From Podarcis muralis (lineage: Eukaryota), in the NCBI RefSeq assembly GCF_964188315.1, contig NC_135673.1, positions 31,806,001 through 31,870,000 of the forward strand: 64,000 nt of DNA, written 5' to 3'. The notes below the pieces were generated by a model. The model had not been told where the DNA came from. It ran no database searches and was given only the letters and a program-made list of their open reading frames with translations. This document shows positions 1-10,300 of the stretch, piece after piece. Position 1 is the stretch's first letter. Each line of letters starts with the position of its first letter. A program made the translations under genes and the position numbers.

Positions 1-190
1 CCTCTGCCTGTCAGAGACCCTGGAGAACTGCTGCCAGCCAGAGTTTACAGCAATAATGAATGTTCCAGGTCCCCTCCAGATGCTGCTACCTTCAGATGTA
101 GCAATCAGAGAGAGAACATTCTCTCTGGTAGTGCCCCATGAGTACTATGTTGGGCTCGTCTCATTCACTTGAGTTTTTAACAGTCACTAT

Positions 191-397
191 AGCACATCAA
201 AGTGCAAGTAGATATATAGGGAAGGTAAACAGCATTTCCGTGCGCTGCTCTGGTTCGCCAGAAGCGGCTTAGTCATGCTGGCCACATGACCCGGAAGCTG
301 TACGCCGGCTCCCTTGGCCAATAAAGCGAGATGAGCGCTGCAACCCCAGAGTCGGTCATGACTGGACCCAACGGTCAGGGGTCCCTTTACCTTTACC
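191..397 (+). mobile_element. Sauria SINE, 5'-truncated
   Basis: Body GCTGCTCTGGTTCGCCAGAAGCGGCTTAGTCATGCTGGCCACATGACCCGGAAG and (ACCTTT)n tail; reverse complement of the copies at 28057, 45105 and 53002. Confidence 0.9.
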
Positions 398-688
398 TAA
401 CTTCTATTGGTTTTGTTCCATTTTATTTTCTTACTGCCGATTAATTTTTGCAATTTCAAACTATAATCTTACTGAACGGCTTGAAGACCCAGAAAAGGCA
501 GGGATGGGGAACTTGCAACCTGCTGGATGCTGTGACCCGGCAGCATGGCCCAATGGTCAGAGATTATTGGAGTTGGGAGTTCAGCAACATCTGGAAGGTC
601 ACAAGTTCCCTATCCCAAGTATAATAATTTTTAATAGTTTTTCTTTTTTTCTTTTTAAATGAAACAAACCCAAAACAACGCAACATAC

Positions 689-746
689 CTTGCAAGCATT
701 TCTGGATTTCACAGGCATATTTCTGGCAGGGGTCTTTCTGTGCCAT
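689..746 (-). CDS. CMC4: CMC4 (Cx9C motif protein 4, p8-MTCP1) first coding exon; gene continues left of the window
   Basis: MAQKDPCQKYACEIQKCLQ closely matches human MPQKDPCQKQACEIQKCLQ; 58 coding nt; acceptor TCCTCTTCTTTTAG (exon starts 756, 10 nt before ATG); donor CAAG|GTATGT at 689/688. Confidence 0.95.
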
Positions 747-2198
747 GTCTGTGGAACTAAAAGAAGAGGAAAATACAACTGTAATTAAGAACTAAGGGAG
801 TGAGCTAGCAAGGCATCTCCTAATAATCCTGCTCACTGGCAAGGCCTGCTTTTCTTGCACAGCAAGGACTAATCCCTTTCAAGCACATCTAAGGCTACAG
901 TCCCAGAGCCCTCTGAAAAAGTGTCTCTGCCCAATCAAGCAAACCAGTGTGGAATACAATGTCTCGTGCCCTCCCATGTCACCCAAAATTCTGTCAAAGA
1001 TGAGACAAGAAACACCTATGATTGCTTCATTGGTCTAGTAAGATCCAGGTTCCTCCCTACCCACCCCTGCCATTTCTAGGGTGACACTTAGGACTATAGA
1101 TGCATCCTTTTCATTGTGGATTCTGCACTGAGAATAGGTTGGACTAGACTATTTCCAAGGTCCCTCCATGAGCAGCAGTATGGCCTAGAAGGCCCCCTGA
1201 AGAACCACCGGGGGGCAGGGGGAGAGATCACCAAGTAAGCACTGACGATGCTTGTTGAGACAGGGTTCTCCCCTCTGAGTCAATGTCTTGCATAGGATGA
1301 AGGGGGTGATGTAACTTCTGGCAACGCTGAAGCAGATTAGTACAAAGGTGGGGAACCTGTGGCCCTCCACAGATGTTGCTGCGCTACAACTTCCATCATC
1401 CCTGACCACTGGCCATGCTGGCTGGAGCTGATGGAAGCTGAAGATGCCACAGGCTCCCTCCCTCCTGGATTAGTAGAGCAACAAACCACATTTGCAACAT
1501 TCTGAACTGCTGAACAGCGAGGCGGCTTTTCAGACCAATTTAACTCAGCAAGAATGCACAGGCCACCCTGCTGGGTCAGAACAATGTTTATCCCACCCCA
1601 CAGTAAGAGCCCTGCCAAAGGCCTACCAAGCCCCACAATGACCGCGGTCAATCATATGTCTTCCGGGAAGCTCACAAGCAGGACATGAGGACAATAGCCC
1701 TCTTTTGCTTTTGCACCCCAGCAATTGGTTCAGCATCTTGTCCCCTGTAGTGGCTTCCCAGCCGCTTCCAGGAAACTAAACACGGAGAGAACACAATGGC
1801 AATCGCCGTGCCTTGTTGCGGACCCCAGCAATGCCCAGAAATCAGTGCCCTGACTATATTTCCAGTGGAGGGCAGCGGGGGGAGGGGGTGTTCCATCCTG
1901 CCTACCTAGAACTCCCCCTGTTATTTCAACTGGCCGCGGCACTCTTCTTCACTGCCTGTCCTAATCTCTTGGGCGGCAGCACTGCCAAGAGAGCTGCCTG
2001 CCATGCTCCACCACAGAGGCAGCGGCTTTTTAGTGCTGTGAGTTACCACATAAAAAACAAAACAGGGAGACCATCCTAGAGTCACACAGCTCCTGAAAGA
2101 CAAAAACCAGCATTAAAAGAACCGCCATGAGTGCAAAAAGTAAAGAGAAAGGAGGAAGGGGGAGACTGAGAGTGGGAAAACAGCAGAGCTCACCAGAT

Positions 2199-2246
2199 TT
2201 AATCACTTGGGAGGAGTTTCAGCAGCAGCTCTTCCACTCCCATGAT
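2199..2246 (-). CDS. MTCP1: MTCP1 coding exon 3 (IMGVEELLLKLLPSD*)
   Basis: Acceptor TTTTGTCTCTTGTAG; TAA at 2201-2199. Confidence 0.93.
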   Translation of the reverse strand: MMGVEELLLKLLPSD

Positions 2247-2765
2247 CTACAAGAGACAAAATAAAACATTCGTTGCATCCCAGTAAGATACTGGGTCATC
2301 AGTGCTGGAGTCACAGCTAAGCAGCTTGTATCTTTTTTTCCTGCCTGGAACCTTACCATTAAATGGTGTTCGATGTTCCAGATGCGAGAGTTACTGTCCC
2401 GGTACTGCTGTCCCTCTGAAAGCTGCCACATGTGGGGCAGCTGGGATGCAGGGAGATGGCTGGGGCACACCGCCTGGCCCAGGGGGACCCGGACTCTCCT
2501 GATCCGGGCTTTCACTGTATCTGCCTCCTGGGTGGAGAAGCAACCAAAAACAACAACGGAGAGTGGTGGGGGAGAGAACATGAGGTGTTGCTAAAAGGCT
2601 AAAACCAAAACACGAAAGCAAAAGGGTGCTGCGAGTATTCCTGCTTACCTCCTCTGATGCCACCAGCCATGTTTTCTGGTTCTCATCACAGTAGACGCCT
2701 ATGCGCCGCACCCAGAGGCGGACTGGTGGGGCCCGGGGATCACCACCTTCCTCTCCTTCTGCCAT
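2199..2765 (-). CDS. MTCP1: MTCP1 (p13 MTCP1, TCL1 family), complete, 111 aa, 3 coding exons: 2649-2765, 2357-2527, 2199-2246
   Basis: Spliced protein MAEGEEGGDPRAPPVRLWVRRIGVYCDENQKTWLVASEE/EADTVKARIRRVRVPLGQAVCPSHLPASQLPHMWQLSEGQQYRDSNSRIWNIEHHLM/IMGVEELLLKLLPSD* aligns to human MTCP1 (SQLPLMWQL, ELLLKLLPDD); all introns GT-AG, phase 0; lies inside CMC4 intron 1 as in human. Confidence 0.95.
2357..2527 (-). CDS. MTCP1: MTCP1 coding exon 2 (57 aa)
   Basis: Acceptor CTTCTCCACCCAG, donor ATG|GTAAGG, 171 nt. Confidence 0.95.
2649..2765 (-). CDS. MTCP1: MTCP1 coding exon 1 (39 aa)
   Basis: ATG in GGCATGG context, donor GAG|GTAAGC; exon acceptor CTTTGTTCAG at 2833-2831 with a CTAAC branch point upstream. 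Confidence 0.93.
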
Positions 2766-2780
2766 GCCCCGTTTCTCTTC

Positions 2781-2816
2781 CTAGGAATGCCCTCCCTTGG
2801 CTCCCATTCTACACAT
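2781..2816 (-). promoter_or_regulatory. Upstream ORF (MCRMGAKGGHS*) in the MTCP1 5' UTR
   Basis: ACCATG at 2816-2814 and AGAATGG at 2807-2805; TAG at 2783-2781, 15 nt before and in frame with the MTCP1 ATG. Confidence 0.65.
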
Positions 2817-5800
2817 GGTCCCCTTTGTCTCTGAACAAAGACATGGGATGAATTGTTAGCCTTGAAAAGAACTAGCACTGGGCATGGCAGCCAGGTGGAA
2901 TGCAACTTTCCTGAACTGTGAGAAGCATCTATTATTGTTATTATTCTTTTAATAGAAGGGTGGGGAACGCTGGAAATGTACAGCTGCCACAGTAAAATAG
3001 GAAGCTGTCTTGTTGGTCTATCTGAAGTCAGACCATTGGTCTATCTGGATCAAATCCTGAATGCACCCACCTTTGCCAAAATGGAGCCCCCCCCCCCAAG
3101 ATGTTTTGGACTATGATAGTCATCAGACCCAGGCAACACAAAATGCCAGTGGCTCCCCATGGTTACAGGATTTTCCGAATCCTATCTGGAAATTCCAAGG
3201 ACCTGGGACCTTTTGCATGCAAACCAGGTGCTGCATGACCCTGGGGCCTCAGGAAATTCTTTAGGAAAAATACAGCCCGCTTGAAAGACTCACAGCAATC
3301 TTTCTGGATGAAATGTGCTACAGAATCATGAAATTGGAGCTGTTTAATGGGACCTGCTGTCATCCAAGTTGGCCATAGAGTACTGAGGATGCATGCTGCA
3401 CAGCTTTCAGCAACTAGTGGCCTGTGGACGGAATGTGGTTTGCAGATGACTTAGCCCACTGATACAAATCTGTATCTATCCATTTGCTTTCCAGTCTTTT
3501 CCCCCATTTTGGTTCCTCTGTTTTCTTCTTTCACTCAATTCTCCATTCCAATCTGTAGCATCTTCTAGGAAAGGGGGGTGACCTCCCCCCACAAAATCCA
3601 AACTTGGTCAGTTTCCTCCACAAAACCTGGAAGTTAAGAGGAAGTACAACCGCTGCCAGTTCTCTCCTTTGCTCTTGCTCAAAATACTGCAAATACTGGA
3701 GAAGCTAGAAGTGCAAAACTATGGAAATTGTGAGGAGCAAATTGGCTGAGTCCCACCAACCCTGAGTACTAGAAGTTCCCCTTTCCCTATTTCAATTGAG
3801 TTGTCAAGCAGTGGTCACTGGCATAGGAAGATGAACATTATTTCAGCAGGGAAAGTCTATTCTACTTGGCAACTCACCACAGAACCCATGGTAAGACAAG
3901 TTAAAACCCTTGTACTGGGGCAAAGCTTTGTATAAAAAGGGTGACACTGATAGAGTGGGAGAGGAAGAAAAATTAGAATAGCACCCAGAAGATAGAATTT
4001 GGTTAGTTTCACATTTTGGTCATGATGGACACTGTGAAGGCTGGAGAATGCACAGGTGCTTATCACAACTCACAATATGTGTGTGCGGAATCACTCCTCA
4101 ATAGTGTGGGAAGTGCGGCAAGAGACGGTGTGAAAGGAAAGACAGCAGATTAAGAAGACAAAAGCACGTAGTTTTTCTCACAGCAGGAGCACTTCCTTTC
4201 CAGCGAATTAAGCCCCTAACTACAATTATGTCTTAAGCCAGGGGTAACCAACATAGCGTTGCTCTCCAGATGCAATGATGGCCACCAACATGGGTGACTT
4301 TAAAAGAGGATTAGACAAATTCATGGAGGGATAAAGCTATCCACGGCTACTAGTCATCAGCCAGATCCAGCAGGATGTTTTTATACATTGTTGGACTCCA
4401 ACTTCCTGTCAGCTCCAGCCAGCATGGCCAGTGGTCAGGGATGATGGAAGCAGTAGTCCAATTAGCATCTGGGGGACCCCATGCTGGCTACGTCTGCTCT
4501 AAGCTGAAAGGAGAACAAAGTCAGGTTCACATGCTAACATTCTGGGAGTATAAACGGAGGTTGTGGTGATGTGCTTAACTACTTTGGCACCAGCCCTTGA
4601 GAAATTTGTATCCACAGCCACATCATTGCAAAAGATGCATGAAGAGGATCGAGGCAGGAGGCTTCCCCCCACCCCCAAAATGACACAGCCAGTATAATTC
4701 CTCCAGCACTCCACAGGTATCCTTGGAATCAAACTGCTAAGCATACTATGTACTGTAGGGGGCTCAAAGCACACACAGACTAAGAGTCAGCGCACACCCT
4801 TGTTGCACGCAAACTGTATTGGCAGTAGCCCGCCCCTCCAAAAAGTTGACATGGGATCAAGATACTATCAGAGCCAGCTGGGACCCACTTACTCAAAAGC
4901 CCACAGTTTTCTTTAGTGATATAAGTGCCCAAGCTTTCGTTTCTGCAGCAAACTTTCCTAGCAGAACAAAGTACTCTTATTTCGTCATGGGACTATGTTC
5001 CACTTTGACTCAGAGAGGAGACCATGGCCAAGACTGGTGGGTTTTCCCCTCCCCCTACACCTGGGGGGGTCTTCCAAATAAGTTTTCTTTCCATGTAGAT
5101 AGAATCCGAGGGCTCAGCGTGCCTTGTTGCAGCATTCCCCCGCAAGTTCTATTAATATCATCAGCCCCTAAAAGTGAACAATTTTCATATGAAGAGAATG
5201 CGGCTTAAAAGTCTGTTTGTGCACAGCAAAGGTGTTGTGAGAGGGTGACCAATGTTGTAACTGTGCCACCAGAGTACGCAAGCCCTATTGTGATCCTCAC
5301 GGTGCTCTTTCACTCCTACAAGCAATCATAATATCTGTTACAAAGACAGGCAGCCACCCCCAGAACTGGAAACAGCCACTAATTTCCCCAGCATTTTAAT
5401 CCTGCTTGTCAGAGGAAACAAAATAAAAGTAAATAAAAGATCAGCAGGAGACATTACTGACTAGAAGATAAAACAACAGCAACCTCTCTGGGTCAGGAAG
5501 TGACTACCTGATCTGTGATGATGCCTTGTCTTTTAAGCCTCTGTTCCAAAGCTGAGCTTTTCACAACAGAATTTCTCCTTCATCACCCTCCAGCCAACTG
5601 CTTATCAGGTTACCAGAATGCAAAGAGGTGTGGCCTTGTACAGCTACTGCAAAATAGACACAGATGAAACTACCTTTTACAAGACAAACAGGAATGCAAT
5701 TGGTGATGGCAGAAGGGTGGTAATAAACCTGAACTACACAGAAAATCAGCAATCAAAGGAGACTGTAGTTTCCACAAAGCAGTTGATTATTGCAAATCAT

Positions 5801-7062
5801 ATCAAAACAACTGCTTAATGAAAGGTACAACATGAAGAACGAAAGCCTTGCCTTTCACTACTCCTTCCTACAAGTTGCTAAAATCATGGTCAACTTAAAT
5901 GTGCAAAATTAAGAAACTTCTTCCCCTCCCTGCTCCTGATTTTGAGGAGTATCAATGTAACAGAGACAGTAGGCAGTTTCTGGCCCAAAGAACTCCACCT
6001 AGAAAAGCCTCTTTCTAAGCAGTATAAGACCAGGAAGAAGGACTTGCGTATCTTTGTTGAAGTTAAGCTTCCTGGACTCAGACCAGATGCGTAAGTAACA
6101 ACAGAAATCAATGACATATTCCCAATGCAATGTCAAGAGTGAGGTCTTCTGGGGAAAGGGCCCGTTTGGAATATCCCACTTGGATTTCCACCGGCAGAGC
6201 TCTTACACCTTAGCAGACAGAAATCCAACAGGCAAATCTTGGCTCGTCGCTGCAGCACTATCCTAGAAGCTACACCTCTTGAGATTTCGCTTGCCCCCCC
6301 CCCCCCACACCACAGGAAAGTAGCCTGGTTGATCTAGCAGGAGTAGCAGCTGAAAAGAGAACATATTCATCTACACCCTCTAGGTTGCCAGTCAGCTCCT
6401 TCCTACGTTCATCACCTTCTTCTCCCCCCTCCCCCATTGAAAGAAGCTCTGAGCATCATCAGTACGAGACAGGCAGAAGCTCTACAGGTCCAGCTTTACC
6501 TAGTGCAGCGGAGGAGCTACGCCTGTTGAATTTCTGCCAGCAAAGGGAGCTTGGCCACTTCCTTAATCCCAGCTCACCCAAAGTTTCTCCCCCTCCTCCT
6601 CCTCTATTCCACCCACCCCCCACTATCCCGGGGGAGTCTCCATGGCAACAGTTCCCTCACTCTAGCGGTGAGGAAACTGTCCTGATTTGCACGCAGAAAG
6701 ATCTAGCACCCCACACCGCCTCCCTGGCGAGGCATGCCTCGTCCCGCTCGAGGAGTAGCCGGGCGCTACCTGGCCGCCAAAGTGGAGCTTCTCCGCCCTG
6801 CACTCGGCGGGTCTCCCTCTCCCTCCCGCTTCAGCCCCTCAGCCCCGCAGGCGCGCAGCTCTGCCCGATGCCGACGCCCCCCTTCGGGCGGAACCGACCT
6901 GGGCCAGCGACGCCAGCGGAACCAAAGAACGCTCCTTGCGCGGGGCTAGCCGGACACTTCTGCGGACGGACAGGAAGTCGGCGTTGTCCAGGAAACACCA
7001 TCTCCCTCTCAGAAGAGGCCTAGGCGGAAGGGATGCTCAGGACCGCAGGACCGCTTTCGCCC

Positions 7063-7120
7063 TAGACTCGTAAGGTTGGAAGGGACCCTGAGGGCCATCT
7101 AGTCCGACCCCACTGCAACG
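7063..7120 (-). mobile_element. CR1 LINE 3'-terminal fragment inside the promoter
   Basis: TAGACTCGTAAGGTTGGAAGGGACCCTGAGGGCCATCTAGTCCGACCCC nearly identical to the CR1 3' end at 37977-38040. Confidence 0.8.
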
Positions 7121-7253
7121 CTTAACGTTGGGCTTGGACCCACAGCCGTGAGAAACAAAAATAATCTCATGTGCTGCTACCGGCTGAGTGATCCCCGGCC
7201 TCCCCTTTAAGAGGGGAGACAAGGAGCGGCGAAGAAGAGCGAAGCAGCCGGCG

Positions 7254-7358
7254 ATGGCGTTGCAGGCGGCGCACCTGGAGGCCGACGCCTTCCTCGTCTG
7301 CATGGTCCACGCGCTGAGCACTGAGCAAGAGGAGGTCATGGGCCTCTGCATTGGCGAG
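7254..7358 (+). CDS. BRCC3: BRCC3 exon 1 (MALQAAHLEADAFLVCMVHALSTEQEEVMGLCIGE)
   Basis: GCGATGGCG start context; donor GAG|GTGAGG. Confidence 0.95.
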
Positions 7359-10300
7359 GTGAGGAGCGGGGTCTGCTGCTGCCGGGGAATACTGCGGGGG
7401 AGGGACCGGGGCAGCCGGGGGTGGCTTGGAAGTCCCGCTGGGTGCAGGGCGCTTACCTTCTGGGCGGATCCGTTACAGGCCGCAGCCGTAACCCTCACCT
7501 GTCAGTGGGCCGACTCCCCCACTGACTTCCACAGTGTAGATTGATCACAATATTTATCTCTATCAGGGCAGCTCGCAGAAAAAAATTAGAAGTGCTGAAA
7601 ACATAGGGGAGTCTTTAAAAATAATAATAATGAAGCAATAGAATTAAGATCAATTTATCTACATTAAAACATACAGATAACACTCCTGCAGGTGCTATGA
7701 AACACCCCTTCCACATTTGTAAAATCACAACCCTGTACTGTGGCAGCTCCTGCACTTTGGAACTCCTTGCTTATTGAGATTAAGCAGGCACCATTGCTGT
7801 ACTCTTTTCCACACCTCATAAAGCATTGTTACTTAGACACACCTACCCAGATTCTTAGAAAGCTGAGGTAATTTTAATCTGTGTTAGTATTATAATTATG
7901 TATGTTTTAAAGTATGGTTGTGGGACACACCCACACCCACACACCCAATTTTATTGTTTTTTCTTTTTGTAAGCCACTTTGAGGTGTTTTTTGTTTTTCA
8001 TAATCAAGCAGTGTATGGTTTTTTTGAAATAAATAATTACAATAAAAGCAGCACAGCAACGGACCTTTCCTAAAAAGCAGTCTGTTCCCAAAAGACTGTT
8101 GGAGCAAGAAAGACTGACATGTGAAGAGAGAAACAATGGGTTGTAACCATATTTATGAGGAAAGCATGCCTTTTTTGTTTTCAGATTATATTTCTGTATG
8201 TTATAGCGGGCATAATTTTAAAAAGCACACATCCTCTGTGTGGGAGAAGGATGAATTGCCTTTTAAGATGGATCATGCCACCTGCCAGTTTTAATAGAAT
8301 TTGTGTTAAAAAATTATTTTATAAATATGTTGCCTCATGAATCAGGATTAAATATGGCCCAGAGTTCTAAAGAATAAAAGCATCTTTATTTTAAGATGAC
8401 ATGTGCATGTTCTGAAGCAAGTTTCATGTTAGAAAAGGTGCACTCTTTCCCCATTTCTCTCACCCGCAGGAAAGGGATTTCTCTCTTGAACTGAGGCTTG
8501 CTCTCTGCAGGTTTTTCAAGTACTGTACATTTCTAAAAGCGGTGCTTTTAAAAAGCCTCTTGATTACTTTGTATAACTTTTAGTCATTCAGAATATTTTA
8601 ACCCGGGGTGGGGAACCTGGGGCCTAACAAGTATTGTTCTCCCAATTCCCATCATCTCACCCAGCATGGCCGATCATCAGGAATGATGTAAGCTATTGAG
8701 TCTGACCAACTAAATAATGCAGCACTAGGAGGAAATGACAGTATGACTTTAGAAATATTTTCATAGCTTGACCCACTTACTATTTGTTTGTACCGATAAT
8801 TAGGTAGTACTGGGCAACACTGAACATTTTCCTCAAGTACCTCTGCAAAGAGTTGCATCCTTAAAGTCTTTTCTTTCTTCTGCTCCATTGTTGGGGGAAG
8901 GGGCTCCAGGATTGACCACTGGCTGCATTCGTTGTTATGGTTGCTCTCCTAGATTGCAATTGCATGTCTCATGCAGCAAGTTTCAACAGGGACATGCAGC
9001 AGTGTTGCTCTTTTATGCCAGGGCTCTCAGAGAGCATGTGAATTGATAAAAAGTAGCATCTCTGCGTGTGTGCTCTGAGTAACTGCAGCCTGGCATCTCG
9101 AGTCAGATGCAGCCTGGCATCTCGAGTCAGATGGAAACACATAGTGTCTAGTCATACAGTGGCCAAAGTATCTCTCTGTTAAACTTTAAACTACGTGAGT
9201 CTGGGCTCCTGTCTTCAATATATTTTCTTCATTAAAGCTTTTGTCTGCTTAATATAATAAAAACCTCTAAGAAGCTTTCATAAAAACAATAGAAATACAG
9301 CAACATTAAATAAAATTTCCTAAAAACTAGATAAAAATGTAACAGTGTTAACAAATAAAGCTGAGTAGTGAACAAAACAAAGAATTTGGAAAGCTTGAGC
9401 AAACATAGGTGTTCAGAAGTGTTTAAAGCTTATTATTGTCTCTCAAAATTGCTCAAGGGAGGGCATTCCAGTGGTGGGTGCAATTACCAACAAAACCTGC
9501 TTCTGTGTTGTCACCAACACAGATTTTAAAAATCTTCTGATCATGGAGCAAGGTCTCCTCGGAAGAGCTTAGCTTGGCTTGATCTGTACCAGGGAAGGAA
9601 ATCACTTTCTTGGATGGCTTTGGACAGTCAGGTTCTTTGCAAAGGGTATTTGGAGGGATGTAAAGGCAGCTCTGCTCAGTTTTGAAAGCAAGTTTTCAGA
9701 AATAAATCTCTGCTTAAATGATCTTGCATGTGTGCGAGATGTAAGAATGAAGAAGGGTTTTTCAATGAGAGTAAGCATATTCTGGAATCACAATCTTATT
9801 GTGTTGCTGCTGCCATTGCATGCACATTTACCTGGAGTGAGCTCCATTTAATACAGTGGGATGCATGCCCAAGTAAGCATGTGAAATGTTGTGCTTCATA
9901 TGCTTTTCTTCATTTATCCCACAGGTTGGTGCTAGCCGAATAGTTCATATTCACTCCGTGATCATTCTGCACCGGTCAGATAAGAGAAAAGATCGTGTGG
10001 AGATTTCCCCAGAGCAGCTCTCAGCTGCTTCAACAGAAGCAGAGATATCCTTTGACAGAAATTATGGGGTAATAACACTTGAGTATTTTCAAGGCAGGTA
10101 GTCCTCAAAGGGCATGAGATTTTGGGAAAGTGGCTTAAATCACTTTGCAAGTGATGGCCTAGAAGGGAAATGTCCTGCCCATAGTTCTCTGCTTCTTTCC
10201 TTTGCTGTTCTGAAAGAGCATTTCATAATAATAGTGTGTGCGCATGTTTGAGATTGGCAAATGTAAGAACATGTGTATTTTTAAATGCATGACTAGGTTT

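Larger units (their letters stand above)
6600..7500. promoter_or_regulatory. CpG-island bidirectional promoter shared by MTCP1/CMC4 (minus) and BRCC3 (plus)
   Basis: Dense CpG; ETS-type CAGGAAGT at 6971-6978; head-to-head gene arrangement; candidate minus-strand first-exon donors CAG|GTAGCG (6770/6769) and TGG|GTGAGC (6578/6577). Boundaries approximate. Confidence 0.85.

Noticed and set aside
6385-7023. 212-aa plus-strand ORF
   Set aside because: Starts at TTG, is Pro/Ser/Arg-rich and lies in the CpG-island promoter antisense to MTCP1/CMC4 exon 1; typical stop-poor GC-rich frame with no recognisable homology.
7037-7498. 153-aa minus-strand ORF
   Set aside because: Antisense shadow of BRCC3 exon 1 and the CpG island.
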